Origin: an uncultured Chloroflexia bacterium
GTDB lineage: Bacteria > Chloroflexota > Dehalococcoidia > DSTF01 > JACRBR01
Direction of reading: 5' to 3'
Assembly: GCA_963843685.1 (NCBI GenBank)
Contig: CAWJLO010000005.1
Span: forward strand, 790-64,789
DNA: 64,000 nt
Below the pieces are notes generated by a model. The model saw nothing but the letters and a program-made list of their open reading frames with translations. It was not told where the DNA came from and did no database searches. This document shows positions 1-8,054 of this stretch, piece after piece (the first letter of the stretch is position 1; every line of letters starts with the position of its first letter). The position numbers were made by a program, and so were the translations under genes.

Positions 1-1
1 G

Positions 2-118
2 GCCCAGGGCGTCAACGTCAAGCTGATCGCGGATATGCTCGGCCATGCGGACGTGTCCACCACGCTCCGGGTGATTCGGATCGGGCCGAGAGTTGTGGTG
101 GAGACGGGGGAGAATTGA
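2..118 (+). CDS. C-terminal fragment of a tyrosine recombinase/integrase-like ORF; it runs off the left window edge and its 3' end overlaps the tmRNA 3' end
   Basis: Frame 2 reads AQGVNVKLIADMLGHADVSTTLRVIRIGPRVVVETGEN*. The LGH..TT box resembles the C-terminal box of tyrosine recombinases, but the usual Y in the R-Y-x-H region is absent. The last 23 nt overlap the ssrA 3' end, as is typical of int-attL junctions. Confidence 0.35.
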   Translation, partial: AQGVNVKLIADMLGHADVSTTLRVIRIGPRVVVETGEN

Positions 119-449
119 ACTCCCCGTCCAGGTGAGCGACGCCCTGAGTCTGCTACAAGCTTATCCCTGCAGTTAGGTCTCGCCGCGTCCGTCCGCTGAG
201 GGCCCGTCCGGATACGGCCAGCCGATGGTCTTAGGCGCGCCTCATCGGCGTCGTGCGCGCAGCGCCCCGGACAAATCGTCGCTCATTCCCATTCCGCCGG
301 GGTTAGTCAGGGATGAACGTCACTGCCTAGGCAGCGAGGGCGAGTTGTGATTCGCCGTTTATTTGTTGGCCACCTGGATTAAGGAGGTCGATGGCCGCCC
401 TCCGCCTGCAACTCAGATCCGCCGATCCCTGTCGAGCCCTTTCGTCCCC
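96..449 (-). ncRNA. ssrA: tmRNA (SsrA), about 354 nt
   Basis: The minus strand starts GGGGACGAAAGGGCUCGACAGGGAUCGG (a tRNA-like 5' end) and ends GGACGGGGAGUUCAAUUCUCCCCGUCUCCACCA (T-arm plus acceptor plus CCA). The 5' GGGGACG pairs with the 3' CGUCUCC. The internal tag reading frame ends ..GESQLALAA-UAG, and smpB lies 1 kb downstream. Confidence 0.85.
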
Positions 450-551
450 ACAGGCGCGGTCAGTGTAGTATAACAGATTCAGCACTCGACATAACGATGA
501 CTAGGTGACGGCGCCGCCGGGTGGCGGGGAGGGCAGGGGAGCGGTGACGGC

Positions 552-1433
552 TCAGGGCGCCCAGGCGAGCGTACTCGCGCCGCGCTCGTCGCGCAGATGC
601 GTCGCCGTGCCGGACGCCGCGGCAATCTCCCACAGCGCCGCCGAAGAGCACGCGTAGAGCACGCTGGCGTCGCGGCCATAGGTGAGGCCCGCCACGGGCT
701 CGGTGAGCGAGGCGATGTGCGCAGGAACGCCGCCGGCCGCCGTCACGGACCACAGGTCACCGGCGGCGTCAGAGCCGCTGGCGGTGGCGTAGGCGACGGT
801 GCGGCCGTCCGGCGCGAACGCGATCGCCGTAATCACGCTGGACGGGGCCGTCGAGGCGAGATGCTGCTCGTTGCGGCCGTCCGCGCCCGCGATCGACAGC
901 TCTGTCGCGCCTTCCTGCGATGATCGCAGCAGCGCGAGCGACGAGCGGTCACGCGAGAGCGCGAAGTCGTCCACGCCGTCCGCAAGCGGAGTCCGTTCAC
1001 CCGTGCCGGCGTCGATCCGCTCCAGATCGACGCTGGAGCCGGTACGGATGACGGCCAGCACGGTCTGGTCATCGAGCCATTGTAGATGCCCGATCTCGAC
1101 GTTGGCGTTCTGCACGGACGGATGCGGGTCACTGCCATCCTCGTTCGCGATCCAGAGCTCGTCAGCGTCGCCGTTGGTGTTCGCGCCGGCCGGCTGCAAC
1201 GCGCGGACGTAAGCGATGCGTTTTCCGTCCGGGGATTCGGCGGGTTGGCGCAGCACGACGCCGTTTCCACCGACCGGGGCCGTGACCAGCGTCGCCTGCG
1301 CCGAGCCCACGTCGTAGGCGAAGATGCTGCCGCCGTCAGCGAGCAGCAGGCGTCCCTTGCCGGGCCCGCCGCAGAGAAACGCCACAGCGGCGATTCCGGC
1401 GAGAGCGAACGTGGCGGCTTTTCGTGCCTGCAT
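552..1433 (-). CDS. secreted or lipoprotein beta-propeller protein with PD40/TolB-like repeats
   Basis: The ORF begins MQARKAATFALAGIAAVAFLCGG (signal/lipobox-like) and carries repeated SPDGKRIAY and APDGRTVAY motifs. It sits immediately downstream of smpB. Confidence 0.55.
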   Translation of the reverse strand: MQARKAATFALAGIAAVAFLCGGPGKGRLLLADGGSIFAYDVGSAQATLVTAPVGGNGVVLRQPAESPDGKRIAYVRALQPAGANTNGDADELWIANEDGSDPHPSVQNANVEIGHLQWLDDQTVLAVIRTGSSVDLERIDAGTGERTPLADGVDDFALSRDRSSLALLRSSQEGATELSIAGADGRNEQHLASTAPSSVITAIAFAPDGRTVAYATASGSDAAGDLWSVTAAGGVPAHIASLTEPVAGLTYGRDASVLYACSSAALWEIAAASGTATHLRDERGASTLAWAP

Positions 1434-1446
1434 ATGCAGCGAGAGC

Positions 1447-1905
1447 CTACCGCGCGCCGTGTCGCAGGGCGCGCTGGATGTCGCGATCCGCGTCGCGCTT
1501 CGCGATGGCCTGCCGCTTGTCCCACTGCTTGCGGCCACGGGCCAAACCCAACTCGACCTTCGCTTTGCCGTCCTTCAAGTACATGCTCAGCGGCACGACG
1601 GTCAGTCCGCGCTCGGCGATGGCGCGCGTCCAGTCGCGGATCTGCGCCTTGTGGAGCAGCAGGCGCCGCGGCCGCGTCGGCTCGTGGTTCTGGTAGCTGC
1701 CGGCATCGTACGCGGCGATGTGCGCGCCGTACAGCCACATCTCTCCATCCCGGGGCTGCGCATGTGCTTCGCGAATGTTGGCGTTGCCGGCGCGAATCGA
1801 CTTGATCTCGGTGCCGGTGAGCGAGATGCCCGCCTCCACGCGCTCGAAGATCTCGTAGTCGTGGAGTGCCTTGCGGTTCGCGGCGACCTGTTTGATCTCG
1901 GCCAT
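1447..1905 (-). CDS. smpB: SsrA-binding protein SmpB
   Basis: 152 aa, MAEIKQVAANRKALHDYEIFERVEAGISLTGTEIKS..., a canonical SmpB. Confidence 0.9.
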   Translation of the reverse strand: MAEIKQVAANRKALHDYEIFERVEAGISLTGTEIKSIRAGNANIREAHAQPRDGEMWLYGAHIAAYDAGSYQNHEPTRPRRLLLHKAQIRDWTRAIAERGLTVVPLSMYLKDGKAKVELGLARGRKQWDKRQAIAKRDADRDIQRALRHGAR

Positions 1906-1919
1906 GCGGCGGGTGCGGC

Positions 1920-3260
1920 CTAGCCGCCGGTGCGCGTGGGCGTCGCGTTCTCGTCGGGCGTCGTCGTCTCCGCCGGGGTCGCGTCCTGCGGCTGCGGCGT
2001 CAGCGCCTCCGCCGGCGTCGTGTCGGTGCCTTCCAGCACGTCGATCGCCTTGAAGAGCTGGACGTCGCGGTTACCGTCGATATCGGCGTCACTCGGCGTC
2101 ACCGCGATGTCCGGCCGGATGCCCACGCCGTCGATCTGCGTGCCGTTGGGCGTCAGCCACTTCGCGATGCTGATGTAGAGCTGTCCGCCGTCCTTCAGGT
2201 CGTTCGAAACGTTCACCGTGCCCTTGCCGAACGACTTCTCGCCGACGATCGTCGCGCGGCCGTTGTCGTGCAGCGCCGCCGAAAGCACCTCGGAGCCGCT
2301 GGCGCTGAAGCGGTTGAGGATGATGACCACCGGAAGCTTCGTGGCGATGCCGCCGCTGTGGGCGCGAAACTCCTGTTTGCTCCCGTCGCGCTCCTGTTCG
2401 GTGAGGATCAGCTTGTCGGCGTCGAGAAAGTCGTTGGCGACGTCAGCCGTGGTGCGGAGCAGGCCGCCGGGGTTGTTGCGCAGGTCCAGGATCACCCCCT
2501 TCTTGCCGCTGTCGAGGATGTCCTGCAACGCCGTCTGCATCTCGCCTTCGGTCTGCTCCGTGAACTCGCGGATGTGGATGTAGCCGATGTCCGTGATCGC
2601 GTTTCCGGCGCCGTCCTTCAGCGTGCCCCCGGGGGGCACCGTGGTGACGCTCGCCACCTTGATTTCGTCACGCTCGATCTCGATCGTCTGCTCGGTCCCG
2701 TCGTCGTGCTTGACCTTGAGCGTGACCTTCGTGCCCTTGGGGCCGCGGATCTTGAGGACGGCCTTCTCCTGCGTCCAGCCGGCCGTCGACTCGCCATCCA
2801 CCTCTTCGATGATGTCACCGGCGCGGATCCCGGCGCGCTGCGCCGGCGTGTCGTCGATCGGCGACGTGATCACGATCTGGCCATTCTGCTCGGCCACGGT
2901 GGCGCCGATGCCTTCGAACGTCCCGCTCGGGCCGACGCTGGTGTTCACGGTGTCCGGGTCGACATAAAACGTGCCGCTGTCCGGGAACGTCTGCAGCATG
3001 CCCGTGATAGCGGCCTCGTACAGCGTCTGCTGGTCGACGAGGGAGGGGTCGACGTACTTCTGCTGGAGAAGCTGGTAGATCTGGTTCAGCTCGTCGAAGT
3101 TGAGGTTCGCCGCGGTCTCGGTGCCGTTATTCGAGGTCTGGGCCGCCGCGCCGGACGAACTGCTGTTGTCCCCGCGCGAGATGTAGCCGACGGCGAAGGC
3201 GAGGATGAGAATTGATGCGCCGAGCAGCCCCAGCACCGACCACCGCGCGGCTTTCAACAT
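1920..3260 (-). CDS. ctpA: carboxy-terminal processing peptidase (S41 family) with PDZ domain and N-terminal membrane anchor
   Basis: 446 aa with a PDZ region followed by the S41 core (GYIHIREFTEQTEGEM...LRNNPGG). An RBS AAGGAG lies upstream. Confidence 0.85.
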   Translation of the reverse strand: MLKAARWSVLGLLGASILILAFAVGYISRGDNSSSSGAAAQTSNNGTETAANLNFDELNQIYQLLQQKYVDPSLVDQQTLYEAAITGMLQTFPDSGTFYVDPDTVNTSVGPSGTFEGIGATVAEQNGQIVITSPIDDTPAQRAGIRAGDIIEEVDGESTAGWTQEKAVLKIRGPKGTKVTLKVKHDDGTEQTIEIERDEIKVASVTTVPPGGTLKDGAGNAITDIGYIHIREFTEQTEGEMQTALQDILDSGKKGVILDLRNNPGGLLRTTADVANDFLDADKLILTEQERDGSKQEFRAHSGGIATKLPVVIILNRFSASGSEVLSAALHDNGRATIVGEKSFGKGTVNVSNDLKDGGQLYISIAKWLTPNGTQIDGVGIRPDIAVTPSDADIDGNRDVQLFKAIDVLEGTDTTPAEALTPQPQDATPAETTTPDENATPTRTGG

Positions 3261-3375
3261 TCGGCCCTGACTCCTTGTGCGAGCCGGACGAGGGCGGGGG
3301 CGCCGACGCCTCGGTCAATCGAGATCGGACGGCAGTCTAACACTCGTACGATCGCGCCAACAATCGAAGATGCGC

Positions 3376-4194
3376 CTACGCGACGTCGCGTCCACGGGGG
3401 TTGCGCGCCGCCTTCTGGTCGTACAGCCGGCGGTCCGCGATCTGCAGCAGCTCACCCGGCGTGCGCGAGTCGTCCGGGCAGACGGCGACGCCGATCGACA
3501 GCCCGAGCTTCACACTCTCCTCACCGGGACTCAATTGAGCGGCCTGGCGCACCGCCGTGGAGAGCTTCTCCGCGGTCGAGCGCCCCTCGTCGATGCCCGT
3601 GTTCGGCAGGATGACGACGAACTCGTCGCCGCCGTAGCGGGCGGCGATGTCGCTGCCGCGGATCTGGCGCGAGATCACCTGGCCGACGAGGCTCAGGAAC
3701 TTGTCGCCGATCAGGTGGCCGTACGTGTCGTTGATGTCCTTGAAGTTGTTCATGTCCATGAGCAGCACCGTGAGCGGCTGGCCGTAGCGCAGCGAGCGCT
3801 CGACCTCGTGCGAGAGCTGCTCGTAGAAGTAGCGGTGGTTGTAGAGGCCGGTGAGGCCGTCGCGGTACGCCATCGTGCGGAGACGCTGGCTCAACTCCTC
3901 GAGGTGCGCTGAGTACGCGCGCTCGAGGTCGACGTGCAGGCGGCGGGACCTCGCTGACATGAAGATGCCGTAGGCGCCGCACGCTACGAGGCCGAACACC
4001 TCGAGCGCGCTCAGGTTCCACCTCGACATAATGTCTGGCCCGGCGAAGATCAACGCTGTCGTCCCGGCGAACAAGAGCGCACCGACCGCGCCGATGAGGT
4101 GGTCGGTTGGCCGGCGCGGCCGGCGCGCCGACGGCTCGGGGCCGATCCCGGTCAGGATGCTCTGGTGAGCCTGCATCGTTGCTGGCGAGTCCAA
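3376..4194 (-). CDS. membrane-anchored diguanylate cyclase (GGDEF domain)
   Basis: Two or three N-terminal TM segments are followed by DGLTGLYNHRYF...RYGGDEFVVILP (GGDEF with RxxD). It is preceded by a roughly 250-nt 5' leader containing a TTCAAC-16-TATGTA promoter-like site. Confidence 0.8.
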   Translation of the reverse strand: MDSPATMQAHQSILTGIGPEPSARRPRRPTDHLIGAVGALLFAGTTALIFAGPDIMSRWNLSALEVFGLVACGAYGIFMSARSRRLHVDLERAYSAHLEELSQRLRTMAYRDGLTGLYNHRYFYEQLSHEVERSLRYGQPLTVLLMDMNNFKDINDTYGHLIGDKFLSLVGQVISRQIRGSDIAARYGGDEFVVILPNTGIDEGRSTAEKLSTAVRQAAQLSPGEESVKLGLSIGVAVCPDDSRTPGELLQIADRRLYDQKAARNPRGRDVA

Positions 4195-4545
4195 GCCCGT
4201 ACGACCCTCGAATCTGGCTTTGCGCGGATCCGCCCCCTGGATCGGTCGCTCTCCACCGGCCGGGAACCGCAGGCCCGGGCTCGATGCGCGTCGATTCCGT
4301 TCGGGGCGTCCTTCTCCTACCAGAGGAGTTATCGGTACCCCTTAAGTCCTCTTGAGACTGATGCGACAGCACGTGCTGAGGAACTCGTCTGTACGCGGCT
4401 CCGTCCAGCCTGGGGGCCGTAGCGGGATCGAATACGGGCCACGTCGTTCCGTGCCCGAGCTCGGTAACCCTACATAACATCTATAGTGCGAAGTTGAAGT
4501 TCCGCGGTCCACTGCCGAGACAGGAGAGGCCGGGGGGGCCAGCCT

Positions 4546-5478
4546 CTACTTCTGTGGCGTCTCGGGAATCCGGGTCGATGATCCGCGCAGGATGTCGATC
4601 ACGGCTGCCAGCGGGTCGCCTTCTTGCTCGTCGTCGTTCAGGCGCCGTTCCGCGCCGACGATGTCGAGTAGCGTGGTGCTGGGAGTCTGAGCCGGCGCCG
4701 GGCTGGACGGCAGTGCGACGGACGTCTCGGCCGGCGGCTTGAGGCCGACGCTGTTGCGCCAGTGCGAGATCATCGCGGCCGTCGAGTCCCGCAGGTCGCC
4801 GGCGCTGACGGCGTCGTCGTCGGTCGCGCGCGTGGCCTGGCGCATGAGCGACAGCTCCGGCAGCCTCGGCTTGGGCACATCGATGCGCGGTGCCCGCAGC
4901 TCGGGCGCGGAGATCTGCGGCATAGTCAGCGTAATCGCCGGGAGCTGGCGTCGCAGCGCCCGCGTCGCCACCAGCGCGACGGCGGCGCAGGCGATTCCGA
5001 CCGCGAGGAGTGGATTCACGCCCAGCCACGCGGTCCCGCCGAGAAACGCCAGGCAGGCGGCGCCGCCGGCGTACCACGGCCAGTGGTCCCGCGGGATTCG
5101 GACACTTGGCAGCGTGATGGCCGGCATTGAAATCGAGACGCGGCGCGTGCCCGTGCCCTCGTCCGGTCCGGGGCCGGATCCGGCTGCCGCTTTGGGCGCC
5201 TTCCGCTTCTTCTGCCGCTTCTGCTTGGAGGACACTGGCTGAATCATGCCCTTGCGGATGAGCACGTCGTCCCGGAAGGCGTCGTACTGCTGCCGCAGTC
5301 GCGACGTCCCGAGCACGCCGTATGCCTCGTTGAGCTCGTCCAGCATGACCCGGCCGCCGGGATTCGTCTGCGCCAGCGCCTGGTACTTGCGCGCCAGATG
5401 CCAGTAGGCCTGGTCAACCATCATGCCGTCGGCGCTGGGGGTGAGCCCCAGGATCTCGTAGTAGTCGCGGTCACTCAT
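4546..5478 (-). CDS. J-domain (DnaJ-like) membrane protein with a degenerate HPD motif
   Basis: The N-terminus reads DYYEILGLTPSADGMMVDQAYWHLARKYQ... (J-domain helix II/III) but has no HPD tripeptide. A lysine-rich linker, one TM segment and a Pro/Ser-rich tail follow. Confidence 0.55.
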   Translation of the reverse strand: MSDRDYYEILGLTPSADGMMVDQAYWHLARKYQALAQTNPGGRVMLDELNEAYGVLGTSRLRQQYDAFRDDVLIRKGMIQPVSSKQKRQKKRKAPKAAAGSGPGPDEGTGTRRVSISMPAITLPSVRIPRDHWPWYAGGAACLAFLGGTAWLGVNPLLAVGIACAAVALVATRALRRQLPAITLTMPQISAPELRAPRIDVPKPRLPELSLMRQATRATDDDAVSAGDLRDSTAAMISHWRNSVGLKPPAETSVALPSSPAPAQTPSTTLLDIVGAERRLNDDEQEGDPLAAVIDILRGSSTRIPETPQK

Positions 5479-5817
5479 TGCAATTCTCTTTCGAGGCGGG
5501 GCTCACTCTACCGAACGCCTCTTGAGTCGGTGACGTTTCCAGATTCGATTGACGCCGGCCACCGTCGGCCGCCCGTTTGTAAAGCGCGCGGCGACGTCAG
5601 GACGCGGAAGGACGGCGTGATCGTCTGTGCGTCAGCAACTCCGAATCCGGCCTTGTGGGAGGGCCGGCAACCCCTGAATAGTCCCCCTGGTTCCCCTATC
5701 CGAATCATCGGCACGCGGGTGCGCGTTCTGGTGTTGCCCGTGTACGTTATGTGAACTTGACCGGACCTGTCACGCCCCTCCCGCGCGTCGCGTTCTCGTT
5801 ATTGGAGGTAACGGGCT

Positions 5818-6030
5818 GTGACATCTTCCTCAACCGACGCCGTCGTCGACTACCGCGGTCGCATCATGTTCTATTGCGACGTGTGCCGGGCCCCGATCAC
5901 CAAGGACGACTTCTTCAACCTCGGCCTTCGCTTCCCGGATGCCGACGAGAGCAAGGACGACTACTGCGAGTCTGAGCTCGTCGACGGCGTGACACACCCG
6001 GCCTGCCTGCGGGCCTCCCGCGCCGGCTGA
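5818..6030 (+). CDS. small Cys-containing hypothetical protein (70 aa)
   Basis: A GTG start is preceded by GGAGGT 9 nt upstream. The CDVC...C..THPAC spacing suggests a zinc ribbon. The amino-acid composition is not GC-frame-artifact-like. Confidence 0.3.
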   Translation: MTSSSTDAVVDYRGRIMFYCDVCRAPITKDDFFNLGLRFPDADESKDDYCESELVDGVTHPACLRASRAG

Positions 6031-6079
6031 GCGGCGGCCCGTCGTCCGGCCAGTGCCCCATCGCGAATACCCTTGAGCA

Positions 6080-6108
6080 TTGACGCGCCCCCGTCTTCGC
6101 GATAGCGT
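6080..6108 (+). promoter_or_regulatory. sigma-70-like promoter (TTGACG-17-TAGCGT) driving the leader of the antiporter gene
   Basis: The -35 hexamer is at 6080-6085 and the -10 at 6103-6108 with a 17-nt spacer; the predicted transcription start is about 6115. Confidence 0.3.
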
Positions 6109-6116
6109 GCCAGCGA

Positions 6117-6232
6117 ACCCACAAAGGGGAGTAACTGGCCCGCCCCTCAAGTCCGGCGGGCAGTCCGGATCGCCAGACCCGGCCTCAACAGCCCGGTCCG
6201 GACAACTCCGCAACGCTGCGCGGAGGCGGTGA
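6117..6232 (+). ncRNA. candidate yybP-ykoY (Mn2+) riboswitch aptamer in the 5' leader of a cation antiporter gene
   Basis: ACAAAGGGGAGUAACUGG at 6121-6138 matches the conserved AAAGGGGAGUAG L1 motif. A GC-rich paired region follows, and the UGAGACC 3' strand overlaps the downstream terminator stem. The regulated gene is a metal-cation transporter, the canonical context for this riboswitch. Confidence 0.45.
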
Positions 6233-6270
6233 GACCTTTGATGACTGTCACGTCATCAAAGGTCTTTTTT
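6233..6270 (+). terminator. intrinsic terminator or attenuator: 13-bp perfect stem (GACCTTTGATGAC/GTCATCAAAGGTC), 6-nt loop, T6 tract
   Basis: The inverted repeat is seen directly in the sequence. It lies 23 bp upstream of the antiporter start, so it is an attenuator of that gene rather than the terminator of an upstream gene. Confidence 0.7.
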
Positions 6271-6292
6271 CGTAGCGGGAGGCCTCGCCGAG

Positions 6293-7501
6293 TTGGAGCT
6301 TCGTCGCTGGCAATGGCCGATCGCCATGGCGCTTCTCGCCTGGCCCGCCGCAAGCCTGCGTATGGGTCTCTGGGGCGCCGGGCAGCCGGTCGAGACGCTG
6401 TGCTACGGCCTCGCCATCGTGTCGGCTGCGTTCCTCCTCACCTGGTGCGCCGAGGCCGCCGAACGCGACATCCCTCGCACGTTAGCGCTGGCCGGGCTCG
6501 CGCTGGTCGCGGTGCTGCCGGAGTACGCCGTCGACATGCTCTTCGCGTGGAAGGCGGGCCACGACCCGTCGTACGCGGCGTTCGCCACCGCGAACATGAC
6601 GGGCGGCAACCGGCTGCTCGTCGGCCTGGGCTGGACGATGGTGGTCGGCATCTTCTGGATCCGCACGCGCAAGAGTCTCCTGGAACTGGCCGCGCTCCAC
6701 CGCACGGAGGTCGGGCTGCTCGGCGTCGCGACCGTCTATTCGTTCGTCATCCCGCTGCGCGGCGGCCTCACGCTCTTCGACGCGGCATTTCTCGTCGGCC
6801 TGTTCTGCGTCTACGTGTATCTCGCGTCCCGCGGCGAGATGGAGGAGGAGTCGTCACTCGTCGGGCCCGCCGAGACGATCGCGAATCTCCCAATGAGACA
6901 GCGGCGGATGCTGGTGCTCGCGATGTTCCTCTACGCTGGTGCGTCCATCCTCGTGGCGGCCGAGCCGTTCGCCGACGGCCTGATCAAGACGGGTGTGCAG
7001 TTCGGCATCGACGAGTTCCAGCTCGTGCAGTGGGTCGCCCCTCTGGCGTCCGAGTTCCCGGAGTTCCTCGTCGCCGGGCTGTTGGCGTGGAGGATGCGTG
7101 CCGACGCGGCGCTCGGCGCCCTCGTCTCGTCGAAAGTGAACCAGTGGACGCTGCTCATCGGCTGCCTGCCCATCGCCTACGCGATCTCGAGCCACAGCAT
7201 CAATCCGCTGCCGACCGACACGCGCCAGACCGAGGAGGTGTTGCTGACGGCGGCGCAGAGCCTCCTCGCCGTGATCATGCTGTTGAACCTGCGCATGTCG
7301 CTGTGGGAAGCGGGCATCCTCGCTGTGCTGTTCCTGGCACAGTTCCTGACACCGCACTCGATCGTCCCGCGCAACGTCTTCTCCGCCATGTACCTGGCGT
7401 TTGCGGCCGTCTTCATCGTGCGGGCATACGTCGAGATGCGGCCGTTTCTCCCGCAACGCGTCTTCCGTGGTCCGGCGCCCGGCCTCGATCGCCCGGCCTA
7501 G
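6293..7501 (+). CDS. CaCA-family cation (Ca2+/Na+ or Ca2+/H+) antiporter, 10-12 TM segments
   Basis: Two alpha-repeat-like motifs are present (GLALVAVLPEYAVDMLFAWKAG and VAPLASEFPEFLVAGLLAW). A TTG start is preceded by GGGAGG. Confidence 0.55.
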   Translation: MELRRWQWPIAMALLAWPAASLRMGLWGAGQPVETLCYGLAIVSAAFLLTWCAEAAERDIPRTLALAGLALVAVLPEYAVDMLFAWKAGHDPSYAAFATANMTGGNRLLVGLGWTMVVGIFWIRTRKSLLELAALHRTEVGLLGVATVYSFVIPLRGGLTLFDAAFLVGLFCVYVYLASRGEMEEESSLVGPAETIANLPMRQRRMLVLAMFLYAGASILVAAEPFADGLIKTGVQFGIDEFQLVQWVAPLASEFPEFLVAGLLAWRMRADAALGALVSSKVNQWTLLIGCLPIAYAISSHSINPLPTDTRQTEEVLLTAAQSLLAVIMLLNLRMSLWEAGILAVLFLAQFLTPHSIVPRNVFSAMYLAFAAVFIVRAYVEMRPFLPQRVFRGPAPGLDRPA

Positions 7502-7534
7502 TGCCAGCGTACGGGTTCGGCGTACGGTGACAGG

Positions 7535-7975
7535 ATGGACGCACGGGACGAGTCTGCCGCGATCTTCGCCAGCGCCCGCGAGCGCCACACGGCCGGCGAC
7601 GTCGCCGGCGGAGTGGATCTCGCCCGGCGCGCGCTCGAGCTCGACCCGGAGAACGTGGAGGCGATCGAGCACCTCGCGACTGTCCTCGTAACGAGGCGCG
7701 CTCGCTACGACGAGGGCCTGGCCCTGATCGAGCGGGCCGTCGCACTGCGCCCTGAAGACGCGGGCCTCTGGTATGCGCTGGGCTGGTGCAGCGAGTTCGC
7801 GGCGCACGAGCAGCAGCGCCGCCCTGCTCCGCGATCGAGCCGAACCCCGCGCGATCTGTATGAGCGCGCCGCGCAAGCGTTCCGGACCTGTCTCTCGCTC
7901 AAGCCCGAAGGCAAGCTCGCGGACGACGCCGAGGACCTGCTCGACCACGTAGAGAACGAACTCTCGCGCCTCTGA
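7535..7975 (+). CDS. TPR-repeat protein
   Basis: 146 aa with TPR-like helices (ALELDPENVEAIEHLATVL..., AVALRPEDAGLWYALGW). Confidence 0.55.
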   Translation: MDARDESAAIFASARERHTAGDVAGGVDLARRALELDPENVEAIEHLATVLVTRRARYDEGLALIERAVALRPEDAGLWYALGWCSEFAAHEQQRRPAPRSSRTPRDLYERAAQAFRTCLSLKPEGKLADDAEDLLDHVENELSRL

Positions 7976-8054
7976 GCCCTCCCCTGCCCCATCCCTGGCG
8001 CCTAGAATGGCAGCGTCGGCCGCAACAACCAGATTCGGAACGAGGACAGGCGCG

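Noticed and set aside
2-118. Calling the left-edge ORF an intact integrase gene or mobile element
   Set aside because: Only 38 codons are visible and the catalytic-Tyr region looks atypical. No direct repeat or cargo is visible inside the window, so it is reported only as a low-confidence fragment and integration-junction hypothesis.
833-1738. Long antisense or overlapping ORFs in GC-rich frames (for example 833..1738-, 3521..4480-, 10332..12020-, 14785..16626-, 22821..24467+, 35589..37472-, 38750..43111+, 39618..41648-)
   Set aside because: Translations are dominated by Arg/Ala/Pro/Gly runs with no domain-like segments. They overlap well-supported genes on the opposite strand or in another frame and are typical stop-codon-poor frames of 70% GC DNA.
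4395-4445. tRNA-like 3' end (GTTCGATCC followed by a GC-rich stretch and CCA on the minus strand)
   Set aside because: No T-stem or acceptor-stem pairing can be drawn around the TTCGATC loop. It lies in the GGDEF leader and is most likely chance.
8007-8054. Upstream in-frame ATG extensions of several genes (8007 for the aminotransferase, 38630 for ftsY, 43213 for rnc, 21507 for the PfkB kinase, 61441 for the anti-sigma factor)
   Set aside because: The extended N-termini are Ala/Arg/Pro-rich filler without RBS support. Shorter starts with Shine-Dalgarno motifs or stop-start overlaps were preferred.
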